Part shown: piece after piece, positions 1 through 9,277 of the stretch
Position numbering within the stretch: position 1 is the first letter of the stretch
How the letters are laid out: each line of letters opens with the position of its first letter
DNA from: a virus
Length of the DNA stretch: 64,000 nt
Virus record (IMG/VR): IMGVR_UViG_3300036716_002035
Location: 7,610-71,609 of that record
Direction: 5' to 3' (one strand)
Made by a program: the position numbers and the translations under genes
Notes under the pieces: generated by a model
What the model was told of the DNA's origin: nothing
Database searches by the model: none
The model's input: the letters and a program-made list of their open reading frames with translations, nothing else

Positions 1-283
1 ACAATACCCAATCCCTAAAAGATTCTGCTCTAACATTTCCCCGATTCCGAGTAATGCCGACACATAATCCCTTGTCGGAGTCCCAATCATACTCATGCCC
101 TCGTTTCTTAAATAAGTCGGAAGCTAATTCAAAACAATTTTTCTTCAAACCAACTTCGTCTATGAAAGTCTTTTCTATTTTAAGTAAATTAGCGTAATCC
201 TTTTTTTCCGAAAAACTACTATAGACCCTATCATCTTCATTATAAGAATATAAGACTGCTTTGTATGTGAATTTTTTATTCAT
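1..283 (-). CDS. hypothetical protein (3' end runs off the window)
   Basis: ATG at 283 opens an uninterrupted frame (MNKKFTYKAVLYSYNEDDRVY...) to the window edge; TTGACA lies 29 nt upstream. Confidence 0.6.
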   Translation of the reverse strand, partial: MNKKFTYKAVLYSYNEDDRVYSSFSEKKDYANLLKIEKTFIDEVGLKKNCFELASDLFKKRGHEYDWDSDKGLCVGITRNRGNVRAESFRDWVL

Positions 284-314
284 ACATTTAAGCCTGTTGA
301 TTTTTTAAAGAATG

Positions 315-716
315 TCAAATCTTTTCTAAAAATTCTTTAACTGAACTGGATACTTTAAAAAGAGAATAAAATTCTGACTCGCTAATTTCTCCACCACTTC
401 CCCAGCTAAAGGTATATTCCTTTGTGTCTTCATCAAAGTAAATGTTTGTTACTGACTTGGGGCGATAAGTCCATGTATGCCCATTTGGTCGCCATTGATT
501 CGCTGGATAATTTTTAGTCTTGCTGTTGCTCCAAAAAGTTATTGAAGCGTTTTTTCTTTGTGATTTAATCTGCGACATTTTAATCACAAATGTTTTATCG
601 GGATAAGTATCAGTCGTGCGACTCGCCTTTATCTTTTTTAAGTCCATGTTTTTTATAATGGAATTATTCACCCAGAGAACCTCCTCTGGAATATTTGGTA
701 TAATATAATTATTCAT
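315..716 (-). CDS. hypothetical protein
   Basis: ORF track 315..830; more plausible start MNNYIIP at 716 avoids overlap with the + strand ORF at 753. Confidence 0.6.
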   Translation of the reverse strand: MNNYIIPNIPEEVLWVNNSIIKNMDLKKIKASRTTDTYPDKTFVIKMSQIKSQRKNASITFWSNSKTKNYPANQWRPNGHTWTYRPKSVTNIYFDEDTKEYTFSWGSGGEISESEFYSLFKVSSSVKEFLEKI

Positions 717-752
717 TGTTTTTTTATATTTATCTTGTGTAAAATAACTTAG

Positions 753-968
753 GTGAGAAAAAGAAATCGAAAAATATTTAAATTTTTTTATCGTAATTTT
801 ATGCAAAGTATGTTCTTGGACGAAACGCAATGTTTAACTTCTGGCGATCCTTGGCAACATAAAAAAGATGTCGCAAAACGATGGGCAAGAAAGAGATTAA
901 ACGAGTTGGATGAAGGAGAAAAAAGAGACTTCTATAGCGAAATTATAATAGACGAGAAAAAATCATAG
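753..968 (+). CDS. hypothetical protein
   Basis: 71-aa ORF fills the gap between minus-strand genes; GTGTA motif at 737-741 precedes the GTG start, as for the other + strand genes. Confidence 0.55.
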   Translation: MRKRNRKIFKFFYRNFMQSMFLDETQCLTSGDPWQHKKDVAKRWARKRLNELDEGEKRDFYSEIIIDEKKS

Positions 969-1220
969 CTTTGACAAAAACTTTTTGAAACTTCGTGTTA
1001 TATCACTAACTTCTGATAGTTTTTCCCAATCATCTTTCTCGCACAACATAAAAAGGTCACCATGTTCAATTATTTTGCGTAAAGTATATTTATATGCATT
1101 TATAACTCTATCGGCTTTTATTGGATCATAATCAACGGCGGTATCCATGACTGAACTTTTTGCGTCATCTAAATAACCAATGTAAAACTTAACTGATCTA
1201 TAATAAAGGTCTGCATTCAT
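963..1220 (-). CDS. hypothetical protein
   Basis: ORF track; likely start MNADL at 1220, 11 nt after a GTGTA motif. Confidence 0.6.
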   Translation of the reverse strand: MNADLYYRSVKFYIGYLDDAKSSVMDTAVDYDPIKADRVINAYKYTLRKIIEHGDLFMLCEKDDWEKLSEVSDITRSFKKFLSKL

Positions 1221-1238
1221 ATAAAATATTGTACACAT

Positions 1239-1562
1239 TTACATACAATATTCATTAGTGTCCTGCAAATTATTTATAAAAATCGGCGTACCTTTACCAA
1301 AGTAAGCCCCAGCAATATTAAAATCGAAAAACTCTACAGCATCTTCATAGGTCATGCCGTCTCTTTCTTGGAGAATATCAATAACTTTGCCAATGTCGTA
1401 AATTAATCTTATGGTTCGGCTTGGGGTAAATTCGCTTTCATCACCTGATCCATTCCATGAGTCTGTCCAGCCAACACAAGCCTCATCCAGCCCATCTGCT
1501 CGTAGGATTTCTTCATCTTCATGCCTATCGGCAAATGCATCTATAAATTCTGTTCGTTTCAT
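1239..1562 (-). CDS. conserved phage hypothetical protein
   Basis: Pattern ADGLDEACVG...YD..KVIDIL..RDGMTYEDAVEFFDFNIAGAYFGKGTPIF resembles a small protein family common in aquatic phages. Confidence 0.75.
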   Translation of the reverse strand: MKRTEFIDAFADRHEDEEILRADGLDEACVGWTDSWNGSGDESEFTPSRTIRLIYDIGKVIDILQERDGMTYEDAVEFFDFNIAGAYFGKGTPIFINNLQDTNEYCM

Positions 1563-1596
1563 AGCTAATAATTTTATATTTTTTTGTTTGTTTTAA

Positions 1597-1824
1597 TTAA
1601 AAAGGAGTATCTGCTTCTGGATTTAAAATTAATTCATATTCCTCCATGAACATTTTATCCATAAGCCACTTAACCTCTTGCTCTATCTCTTTTGCTAAAT
1701 ATTTCCTACCAGATTCACTTGCCATGTTTATGTCTGAATATTTCTCAAGAACTTCTGTAATCCTTTTTTCCATCTCGCTTTTCATTAATCCTCTGGCGTT
1801 CTCAGCTTCCGTTTGTTTATACAT
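1597..1824 (-). CDS. hypothetical protein
   Basis: ORF in tandem minus-strand array. Confidence 0.6.
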   Translation of the reverse strand: MYKQTEAENARGLMKSEMEKRITEVLEKYSDINMASESGRKYLAKEIEQEVKWLMDKMFMEEYELILNPEADTPF

Positions 1825-1883
1825 CCTATTAATGTTTCATCCATTTAATTTATTCCTCAATTTTGACGATTTATAATTGTAAG

Positions 1884-2465
1884 TCAATCTTTTTTTCTCA
1901 CTAACCATTCGTTTCTTTTTAATTGCACTATTTTTTTTATTTTATCTAATGCTCTTGTGCGAGTCTTGTAAATCTGATGAATATTTCTATTTGGTAGCAT
2001 TTTATTCATTTCTCTAGGTTTATAACCTTGAAGGTACATTCCGATAACCTCCTTTTGTATAGGGGAAAGAGAATTTAAGGCAATATCTAATTCTTCAAGT
2101 AATAATTCCGACTCCCTAATAACGCTTAGAACTTCTGGCTCCACCATAGAACCCTCTGGAATTAAGTCTTTATCTTTACTTAGCGAAACTCCTTCTTCGA
2201 CACTAGAGCAGTCACAATATTCAACTTTTGAAATGGCAGTCTTTTTTAAATAAGATTTGGCAGTCCAATACGCAATAGAATAAATCCATTGTTTAAATTT
2301 GCCCTTCTCTTGGTAATTGGAATATTTCTCTATAATTTTTAAATTAGTATCTTGTACAATATCTTCGACATTATGCCTACCAAAAACATATTGATTAACA
2401 ATATTGAATAAATATTTTTGGCTATCAGGGTCAACAAGCTTTGCTAAATATTCCTCCTTAGTCAT
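1884..2465 (-). CDS. ECF-type RNA polymerase sigma-70 factor
   Basis: Region 2 (VEDIVQDTNLKI...FKQWIYSIA) and region 4 HTH (ALNSLSPIQKEVIGMYLQGYKPREM...RTRALDKIK). Confidence 0.85.
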   Translation of the reverse strand: MTKEEYLAKLVDPDSQKYLFNIVNQYVFGRHNVEDIVQDTNLKIIEKYSNYQEKGKFKQWIYSIAYWTAKSYLKKTAISKVEYCDCSSVEEGVSLSKDKDLIPEGSMVEPEVLSVIRESELLLEELDIALNSLSPIQKEVIGMYLQGYKPREMNKMLPNRNIHQIYKTRTRALDKIKKIVQLKRNEWLVRKKD

Positions 2466-2469
2466 TAGC

Positions 2470-2823
2470 CTACTCTTTTTTTGTTGAAGCTACATTCTTG
2501 AGTAGGTTTTTGTCGCTATTAATTAAATGAGAGAATTGAGAGATTGCCGTATGATACCCATCAGAATAATTCAACATATTTTCTTCATTCATAAACGCTA
2601 CCCCAAGCTGGACTCTACCCTGTTCAAAACCTTTATGGTATTCGTTTGAGCGAATAACAGGGATTTGAGAAGACAAATCCAAAAGTTGAGACTGCAAGAG
2701 TTTATGCTCGCTATCATTAATATGGATTAATGTTTTTAATTGTTCGTTGCGATTAAATGTGTTATAAGAATACAACGCACAAAACCCAGCTACGACAATA
2801 GATATGATATTTATTTTGTTCAT
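2470..2823 (-). CDS. hypothetical protein with N-terminal membrane anchor
   Basis: Hydrophobic N-terminus followed by a coiled-coil-like segment. Confidence 0.65.
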   Translation of the reverse strand: MNKINIISIVVAGFCALYSYNTFNRNEQLKTLIHINDSEHKLLQSQLLDLSSQIPVIRSNEYHKGFEQGRVQLGVAFMNEENMLNYSDGYHTAISQFSHLINSDKNLLKNVASTKKE

Positions 2824-2827
2824 AATT

Positions 2828-3031
2828 TTATTTAACTAATTTTTCTAACTTAACGTGAATATGATTCATATCCAACTCTTTGCTGATTTCTAGCTTAATT
2901 AACGAATGTTCTTTCAATGCTTCCTTTAATATCCACTCTAAATCATTTTCGTGAAGACCTCCAATAGCATGAGCCTCGCCATTTTGCATGGCTTCCCAAA
3001 TTTGATGTCGAGCCTGAGAATTATCTTTCAT
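2828..3031 (-). CDS. hypothetical protein
   Basis: ORF directly downstream of TTGACA-17-CACTAT promoter. Confidence 0.6.
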   Translation of the reverse strand: MKDNSQARHQIWEAMQNGEAHAIGGLHENDLEWILKEALKEHSLIKLEISKELDMNHIHVKLEKLVK

Positions 3032-3066
3032 GTTTATATAGTGGACGCATATTTAAGGAATGTCAA

Positions 3067-3933
3067 CTATTTTTCTAGGCAGTAACTCCAATAACGTGAA
3101 TTACGCTTGCCTTGGATTTTATTCCAATACATTTCTCTTGCGATATTATAGCCAATGCCATACTCATCACATTTGTCAAGCCATTTCTGCTCCATCGCCT
3201 TATACTTTTTGAGGGGAGGTACTGCCTTTTTATCCCAACCAAGAAAGCGGAGCAAGTGTACATCCAAGCAACAAACCTTGGCCTCAACAGGCCAACTCAA
3301 ATTAAGAGCAAAAGAAACTTTTGCTTGACCGATACCATAAAGGCTAGAGGCTAGTCTATCTCTTAATTCTACCCAAGTTTCATTCCTTTTTTTATAAAAT
3401 TGCTTTGGATTTGCACGAAACTTACGAGCGAAATCCCAGAGAGCTTTATAACGCATACTTGTTAGTCCAAGCGAACTACCCTCCAGCATTTCCAACAATC
3501 GTTCTTTGGAGATAGTCCACGACATATCATTGATTAACATTTTATAGCCCTCTACGTTATTTTTGAACGTAGTATGGATGCTGGCAAACGCAAAGACCCA
3601 ACGCTTAAAATAATCTAAATCACTCTTCACTTTTAAGCCCTCCCAATATGCGGTTTCTTCTTTTACCTTTCCATACTTCAAGCCATCCACAAAAGAATCA
3701 AGAGTAAGTTCTTTCTTTTGGGGCTTAATGTTTGAATTAACTTCTTTAAGCAAAGGAACATCTTCATCATACCTTTTTAAAAATTCTAATTCCAACTGAG
3801 GAGAAGGGTCTGCCACTTTAATTAACTCTTCAGAAGAAGGAGAGTCAATAGTCTCATACAAAACCTTTTTGGGGGCTTTTGGTAAAACTGGGTTGGCAAA
3901 CAAGTTATCGAATATATCTGTAATTTTTATCAT
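3067..3933 (-). CDS. helix-hairpin-helix DNA glycosylase (8-oxoguanine glycosylase/N-glycosylase-like)
   Basis: HhH motif LYGIGQAKVSFAL followed by CLDVHLLRFL with the conserved Asp. Confidence 0.75.
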   Translation of the reverse strand: MIKITDIFDNLFANPVLPKAPKKVLYETIDSPSSEELIKVADPSPQLELEFLKRYDEDVPLLKEVNSNIKPQKKELTLDSFVDGLKYGKVKEETAYWEGLKVKSDLDYFKRWVFAFASIHTTFKNNVEGYKMLINDMSWTISKERLLEMLEGSSLGLTSMRYKALWDFARKFRANPKQFYKKRNETWVELRDRLASSLYGIGQAKVSFALNLSWPVEAKVCCLDVHLLRFLGWDKKAVPPLKKYKAMEQKWLDKCDEYGIGYNIAREMYWNKIQGKRNSRYWSYCLEK

Positions 3934-4058
3934 GCCAACAATTCAAAAGGAATATTGGTGAAACGTCAATAAAAAAATAAAAAAAAGCTATACGCCTAAT
4001 TGTAGAGCCACTTCAAGCAGATTGCTTCCCTGCCATCAAGAAGGCTTTATGATAATTT

Positions 4059-4229
4059 TTATTCCATTAAGCGGTGCAGTACGCCCACTTCCGCTTGCCC
4101 TTTTGCTTTTGTAAAAGAAATGATAAAACTAACTATGTCTGACGAACTCATTTGAGAAACTTCATCAGCAACTTCAATGTATTTGGCATTATTCCAATCT
4201 TCTATTAATTGAATGTGTAAGTCTCTCAT
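4059..4229 (-). CDS. small hypothetical protein (not in ORF track)
   Basis: 56-aa ORF MRDLHIQLIEDWNNAKY... read manually just downstream of the tRNA. Confidence 0.5.
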   Translation of the reverse strand: MRDLHIQLIEDWNNAKYIEVADEVSQMSSSDIVSFIISFTKAKGQAEVGVLHRLME

Positions 4230-4248
4230 AATTATTTAAGGTTGACGA

Positions 4249-4323
4249 TGGTACGGGAACTGGGAATCGAACCCAGAATGTTGGATTAGAAATCCAAAGT
4301 TATATCCGTTTAACTATTCCCGC
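4249..4323 (-). tRNA. tRNA-Arg(UCU)
   Basis: Cloverleaf GCGGGAA-TA-GTTA/AACGGATA/TAAC-T-TTGGA/TTTCTAA/TCCAA-CATT-CTGGG/TTCGATT/CCCAG-TTCCCGT-A-CCA; 7-nt loop gives anticodon TCT; CCA encoded. Confidence 0.93.
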
Positions 4324-4330
4324 ATTTAAT

Positions 4331-4555
4331 TTATTTAAATGGGTATTTTTTTTCAAAATGCTTTTGTATTGCGACCTTTAATTGCTCTAAATCTTCTATA
4401 TGGCAAAATAATTTTTGGACTCTATGCCCGAATTTATTATCGCTCAATAATTGCAAATATAATTGTCCGTCATCTTGCTCCGTTATTTGGATGTGAGACT
4501 TTCCGTATTTGGGGTGATCGTAAGAATATATACTCTCCATTAAGATGTCATACAC
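4331..4555 (-). CDS. hypothetical protein
   Basis: ORF track; tandem arrangement. Confidence 0.55.
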   Translation of the reverse strand: MYDILMESIYSYDHPKYGKSHIQITEQDDGQLYLQLLSDNKFGHRVQKLFCHIEDLEQLKVAIQKHFEKKYPFK

Positions 4556-4707
4556 ATACCTAAGAAAAATAACATAAATAATAACATCCCTCCTGACGCA
4601 AACCTACAAAACCATTCTAACGAATCAACACGCCCATCATATCTTTGATTGTTTAAGGATTTCTTGCAAACCTCAAACTTGTCTTTTTTTTTATTCCATT
4701 GTAGCAT
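4540..4707 (-). CDS. small hypothetical membrane protein (not in ORF track)
   Basis: 55-aa ORF MLQWNKKKDK...GMLLFMLFFLGMCMTS, GTGTA motif 11 nt upstream. Confidence 0.5.
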   Translation of the reverse strand: MLQWNKKKDKFEVCKKSLNNQRYDGRVDSLEWFCRFASGGMLLFMLFFLGMCMTS

Positions 4708-4732
4708 TAATAGATATATACACCTATCAAAA

Positions 4733-5200
4733 CTAACGGCCTATGAAATCAAAGATTGCAGGTTTATTATTTAGCCATCCTATATTCTCTTGATGAATGT
4801 CATGCAACTCGCAATAATGCTTTCCCCACTTTTTCTCAAAAAATTCATACGCTTTATTTTTTTTATTTCGTTTAACTTTCGGCTGTATTAGGATTGCGCC
4901 GTCAAAATAAATTGAATCCACACAATATTTATCTAATTTAAACCTTTTGTCTTTTTTATCATCTATGATGCCAGAATTGTAAATTTTGACCACAAAGTCA
5001 ACGCTTTTTTTTGAAAAAACTTTTTTATAAGAACCTTCTGCCATCCGTTCAAATTTTTGTTCAATTAACTTTTTTATAAACCTTTCTTTTGCTAAAATAT
5101 AATCCACTCTATTTGTTGAATGTGATGTGTCAAATAAAATTGATTTGATTTTGCATTTCCACCACGAATCAATGACCTCGTTGGTCTTGTTTGTCTTCAT
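4733..5200 (-). CDS. miniature protein-kinase-like fold protein
   Basis: AEGSYKKVF (Gly loop), FVVKI (VAIK Lys), HDIHQENIG (catalytic loop DxHxxN) and IFDF (DFG-like) in the correct order. Confidence 0.6.
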   Translation of the reverse strand: MKTNKTNEVIDSWWKCKIKSILFDTSHSTNRVDYILAKERFIKKLIEQKFERMAEGSYKKVFSKKSVDFVVKIYNSGIIDDKKDKRFKLDKYCVDSIYFDGAILIQPKVKRNKKNKAYEFFEKKWGKHYCELHDIHQENIGWLNNKPAIFDFIGR

Positions 5201-5366
5201 TATTTAATTGATTAATTATTTGTTTTAAAATACCTTGGATTGTCGCTTCCTCAATAGGAAGCGCATATAGGTCATGCTCCATTTCTTCTGCGATTTGCTT
5301 AACCATTTCTAGGTCAAACTCATCCAGTATAATCTTATACTGCTTGACTATAAGTTCGTTGGGCAT
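5169..5366 (-). CDS. hypothetical protein
   Basis: ORF track; tandem array. Confidence 0.55.
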   Translation of the reverse strand: MPNELIVKQYKIILDEFDLEMVKQIAEEMEHDLYALPIEEATIQGILKQIINQLNNEDKQDQRGH

Positions 5367-5730
5367 TTTGTTTCCTTCGATTATATTCTAAAGCCTGTCC
5401 TATCCAACGCTCAACAGGTTTTAACGCCTCAAGCATTTCATGCCATCTTTCTAAAGTAAATGCTCCAGAGCAACAGGTATTAAACCAATGTATTTGGTCA
5501 CCATTCTGCCATGAATTTTCCAGCATTAAAGTTTGTGGATAATTATATGCTCCATATTCTTTAATCCAACATCTTATGTAAGGAAAGCCGTTCTCTGCTA
5601 TATAAAGAACCTTCACAACAATTCCTTCTGGAAACTCACTTGTTCTAGTGCTTGCCTTTAATATTTGAGAGTTGAGGGGTTGTCCTTCAATTCGTTTGTT
5701 ATTTAATAGATATATATTCATTATCCACAA
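5335..5730 (-). CDS. hypothetical protein
   Basis: ORF track; tandem array. Confidence 0.6.
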   Translation of the reverse strand: MWIMNIYLLNNKRIEGQPLNSQILKASTRTSEFPEGIVVKVLYIAENGFPYIRCWIKEYGAYNYPQTLMLENSWQNGDQIHWFNTCCSGAFTLERWHEMLEALKPVERWIGQALEYNRRKQNAQRTYSQAV

Positions 5731-5921
5731 CTTTCTGGCGTTTCTGTTCTACCGATTTGTTCGATATAATTTATTTCTGCATTCTCCACCCATGCTGGAG
5801 AGACTTCAAAATCTTCTTCAAGAACTTTTAAAGCCATCTCATTCGCTTCATGCTCTGACTCTGCATCCACATAATATGTGCGAAATGTGCTTGAGGTAAA
5901 TTCTACTTCATATGTTTTCAT
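5721..5921 (-). CDS. small hypothetical protein (DpnD/PcfM-like pattern)
   Basis: KTYEVEF...YYVDAESEHEANEMA pattern. Confidence 0.6.
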   Translation of the reverse strand: MKTYEVEFTSSTFRTYYVDAESEHEANEMALKVLEEDFEVSPAWVENAEINYIEQIGRTETPESCG

Positions 5922-5922
5922 G

Positions 5923-6267
5923 TTACATTAAGTCTTGTAAGTTGTCTACTGGGTTATCTTTATTAAATTTGTCTAGGCGTTCTTGCGCTTTATTTACGTG
6001 ATGCGCTCCATCAAAATCTCTAGGATAAGATAAGGCTCCAAGCTCTCTAGCTTTGTCTAAAACATCTTCACACATTTGAGTAGTAATGCTCTTAACTTCT
6101 CCAACTACTTCTATATAGTCGTACTTGGGATCATATTGCATACTGCCTTCATAACCCCCCATTTCATCTTCAACCTTCTGAACTGCATGAGCTTCCGATA
6201 CCGCCTCTATTTCTACTTCGCCAGAGGTATGATAGGTTTTACTCCATGCTACTTTATATTTACTCAT
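5923..6267 (-). CDS. hypothetical protein (DpnD/PcfM-like pattern)
   Basis: KYKVAW...VEIEAVSEAHAVQKV pattern, resembling the neighbouring gene. Confidence 0.6.
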   Translation of the reverse strand: MSKYKVAWSKTYHTSGEVEIEAVSEAHAVQKVEDEMGGYEGSMQYDPKYDYIEVVGEVKSITTQMCEDVLDKARELGALSYPRDFDGAHHVNKAQERLDKFNKDNPVDNLQDLM

Positions 6268-6466
6268 TATTTTCTTTCTCCAAGGTTACATTTACTTCAA
6301 CACCTTCCTCATTCTCCGCAGGAAATGTCCATTCAAATGACTTGCCTTCAAACAATATTTCGTGCAGTTCATGCTCGTCAACAGGGATTGTGATATTATA
6401 ACTTTTACTCATATTTATATTTCTCTATTTTATCGACACGTTTTAAATATATGTTGATTGAATAAA

Positions 6467-6673
6467 CTAATCATCTCCTTCTTTAGTTCCAATAACCAAT
6501 AGCTTGATATCTTCCTCATCTCCTGTCAAGCCAAAAACATCAACGCACTCTTGAAAGATGACTCCATTTTCGGGAGTAATACTAATCCAAGAACAATTTT
6601 CGCCATTGTCGCCCTCCACGGCATCCCAATCATAGTATTTCAGTCTATCTTTCTGATTTTTGGTCAGTTTCAT
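6467..6673 (-). CDS. hypothetical protein
   Basis: ORF track; tandem array. Confidence 0.6.
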   Translation of the reverse strand: MKLTKNQKDRLKYYDWDAVEGDNGENCSWISITPENGVIFQECVDVFGLTGDEEDIKLLVIGTKEGDD

Positions 6674-6676
6674 TTA

Positions 6677-6988
6677 TTATTGATCCTCCCAGTTGCGGTA
6701 TTCAGCTATAGCTTCCAGAGTTTCTTCCGCAATTGTTCTGGGGTCATCATCTGTCGCCTCAAGAATGCACTCAAGCGCATCCTGCAAGATGGCTGATTTA
6801 TGAGCCTCGTTCTCAGTTAATTTAATCAAGTCTTCTAAGCGTTTATTTAATCGTTCAATTTCTTTATTCATTATTACTTTATCTTTATTTGGCTTATTTG
6901 CAGATGATAAATCTAAGTAGTCGTTAATATCGACTTCTCCATCATCAAAAATTTTGTCTAATTCTTTACTTGTCTTATTTCTCTCCAT
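6677..6988 (-). CDS. hypothetical protein with BrnA/CopG-antitoxin-like N-terminus
   Basis: SKELDKIFDDGEVDINDYLDLSSANKPN resembles the BrnA-family N-terminal motif; remainder is coiled-coil-like. Confidence 0.55.
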   Translation of the reverse strand: MERNKTSKELDKIFDDGEVDINDYLDLSSANKPNKDKVIMNKEIERLNKRLEDLIKLTENEAHKSAILQDALECILEATDDDPRTIAEETLEAIAEYRNWEDQ

Positions 6989-7200
6989 TATATTCCTCCA
7001 TTTTCTCTTTGTTTATTTAATGAAATTAATGTTTCCATGTTTTCTTCAAATTCTTCTCTCATTGTTTGCCTATCGTAGACTCGCTTGCCGTCAGCGTCAA
7101 GTTTATAATAAACATAAACCATGAGGGCTTCTTCTGTATGAAGCATCTCAAGGATGTTTTGATTTTCTTGTTCGATTAACTTTTCTACAGCTTTACTCAT
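6988..7200 (-). CDS. hypothetical protein
   Basis: ORF with overlapping start/stop coupling. Confidence 0.6.
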   Translation of the reverse strand: MSKAVEKLIEQENQNILEMLHTEEALMVYVYYKLDADGKRVYDRQTMREEFEENMETLISLNKQRENGGI

Positions 7201-7502
7201 TGTTTATCTTCCTCTTTAAGAAAAGAGTCTAGGTCTTTTATTTCAATAAGCCCTTCGCTCTCGTCATAGAATGGCGCAAACTTTATTTGATCTCCTTTAA
7301 GAACATTATCTTTGCATCTATTTACATCGTTTATCATCATCTCTAGCGTCTTCTGTATTTCTTCTACTGAAGCACCGACAATAGTTGGAACTTCATCGTG
7401 ACCACAAACTTCGCCCTCATCATTATAAAATGTTTCATACAAGCCATAATCATATTCATGGTTGTCCTTCATAGGAAATTTAATTATTCTATAGTTCCAC
7501 AT
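7197..7502 (-). CDS. conserved phage hypothetical protein
   Basis: MWNYRII...YGLYETFYNDEG pattern seen in many phage small proteins. Confidence 0.65.
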   Translation of the reverse strand: MWNYRIIKFPMKDNHEYDYGLYETFYNDEGEVCGHDEVPTIVGASVEEIQKTLEMMINDVNRCKDNVLKGDQIKFAPFYDESEGLIEIKDLDSFLKEEDKQ

Positions 7503-7732
7503 AATCTATTCTCCTTCTAAAGCAAAATCAATTTCTTGCTGGGCTAAATCCCATGCGTGGCCTTCGCTTGTGTCTTCGCACTCTTCAACAAAAAGAGTCC
7601 ATATTTCAATCGCTCGACTACGAGAGAGTTTCTTTTTTTCAACCAAGTTCTGTAAGTATATTTTCATTTCACTCATAATTTATACCCTCCATTAAATAGA
7701 CTCCACTTGGGATGTCAAGGTTTTAAACTAAT

Positions 7733-8074
7733 TTAATCTGCGAAAACATTGCAAACATGAAAAGAATACTGATATGTCTTTCCTGCTCCAACATTAAAAT
7801 AATTAAAATGCAAAACTATTTTTTTTGTCTTGCCTCTGTTTACCTTTAAAAAAGAGGCGACCTTTAAGGTTGTATAGTCATTTATAGACTTAATTTTATA
7901 AGCCCCAGAGTCTGTAAACAAAATATAATCTACTTGTTTGTCTTGTGAAATGAATTTCTGAACGTCATTTATCTTGAGGTCTGCATATTTATGTCCGACC
8001 TGAGAAGGTTCTCTTAATGCAAAGGTATTTATTTGAAATAAAAAAAGATAAATAAAACAAAATAGCTTTAACAC
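7733..8074 (-). CDS. hypothetical protein with signal peptide
   Basis: Hydrophobic N-terminus ending TFA; GTGTA motif 10 nt upstream. Confidence 0.6.
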   Translation of the reverse strand: MLKLFCFIYLFLFQINTFALREPSQVGHKYADLKINDVQKFISQDKQVDYILFTDSGAYKIKSINDYTTLKVASFLKVNRGKTKKIVLHFNYFNVGAGKTYQYSFHVCNVFAD

Positions 8075-8088
8075 ATTTATATATTACA

Positions 8089-9024
8089 CTAATTTATAGA
8101 CTCAAGAACTTTCCTGCCGTGAGAGGTAATCTTTCTCTTGCCATCAATCTCCATAAAATGCTTCTTTAATAAATATAATTCGTGATCCCTTCTTAGAGAT
8201 GAGGGGCTTAGGCCAGTAGACGCAGAGAGCATAGATAAAGTGCAAGCACCTCGCTTTAATAAAATTTCTAAAACCTGTCTCTCTGTACAACTGATGCCAT
8301 GCGGTAAAACCCCAAGAGTTTCACAAAAATTTTCATAAGACTTGTTATTAAAAATTGGTGTATTTTCGGCTTCACAATATAGCATTATTTCTTTTGCTCG
8401 CATTACCGCACTCCTTGCGTTACCCCTTGTTGTCTTAGATATTTTGTTGAGAGCGTCTGGAGAAAATTGAATGTCAGGTATTCTCCCTTGTAGTATTTGG
8501 CCTAATTCATTAGGCTCGTAAGGCTCAAAATCAATAGTAGTAAGCCTATCCTTTAAGGGAGGGAATAGCTTATCACTCTCTGTAGTGGCAAACAAAAATG
8601 TCTGCTTACTAAAATCAAAGCTAAATACTTGCTCCTCCCAAGTAAATTCTTTTAAATGGCTTTTTTCCGTATTAAAAATAGTAAGGAAGGCGTTGGTTAA
8701 ATCCTTTGGTAAATTATGGGCTTCATCCAGCAAAATAGTAACCTCATTGTGTGCGATGACAGGCAAAAAGATTTGCTCAAAGAAAGCTTCGTTATTCTTG
8801 ATTGTTGAGCAATTGATTTCGAGAAACGGCCTAGGACTACCATCCTGATTGGTGAGGTTGCGAGCAAAAGCTTTTGCGAACTCCGTTTTACCAAGACCTT
8901 TGGCTCCAACAAAATTTAAAAAAGGACAAATACTTGTTTTATTAAATGCCTTTAAGTAAAAAGAAAGTTTCTTTTTAACATTATCTTGTCCAACTAATCC
9001 ATTGAATATATCACTCATTATCAA
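8089..9024 (-). CDS. ruvB: Holliday junction branch-migration ATPase RuvB-like
   Basis: FNGLVGQDNVK, Walker A GAKGLGKT, Walker B LLDEAH, FATT...PPLKDR, RGNAR, C-terminal winged helix (ELYLLKKHFM...RKITSHG). Confidence 0.85.
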   Translation of the reverse strand: MIMSDIFNGLVGQDNVKKKLSFYLKAFNKTSICPFLNFVGAKGLGKTEFAKAFARNLTNQDGSPRPFLEINCSTIKNNEAFFEQIFLPVIAHNEVTILLDEAHNLPKDLTNAFLTIFNTEKSHLKEFTWEEQVFSFDFSKQTFLFATTESDKLFPPLKDRLTTIDFEPYEPNELGQILQGRIPDIQFSPDALNKISKTTRGNARSAVMRAKEIMLYCEAENTPIFNNKSYENFCETLGVLPHGISCTERQVLEILLKRGACTLSMLSASTGLSPSSLRRDHELYLLKKHFMEIDGKRKITSHGRKVLESIN

Positions 9025-9235
9025 ACCTTGTTATTGAATATTTAATTTGGGGAGACTCCTCTTTGCTAGGGGAGTTTGGTTGTGGAGAATCTTGTGGCAC
9101 ATCCTCAAAGATAAAGCCAATAGATTCCAGCCAATTCTTTTTGACTGGCACTACGCCTTTTGCTCCAATGTATTCACCTAATTCTTCATAGGTGAGAGTA
9201 TGGTAAACTACGGGTCTTCCTCGTTTTTCAATCAT
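9011..9235 (-). CDS. hypothetical protein
   Basis: Start MIEKRGRP at 9235, 6 nt after the -10 box of a sigma70-like promoter. Confidence 0.6.
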   Translation of the reverse strand: MIEKRGRPVVYHTLTYEELGEYIGAKGVVPVKKNWLESIGFIFEDVPQDSPQPNSPSKEESPQIKYSITRFDNE

Positions 9236-9277
9236 GCACCTATTCAAAAGGATAAATGAAAGAATGTCAAGATTTTT

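Noticed and set aside
4249-4323. Possible amber-suppressor tRNA (CTA is present in the anticodon loop) and stop-codon recoding
   Set aside because: With the 5-bp stem TTGGA/TCCAA, the 7-nt loop TTTCTAA centres on TCT (Arg). Conserved genes are intact in the standard code, and TAG and TGA both end genes normally.
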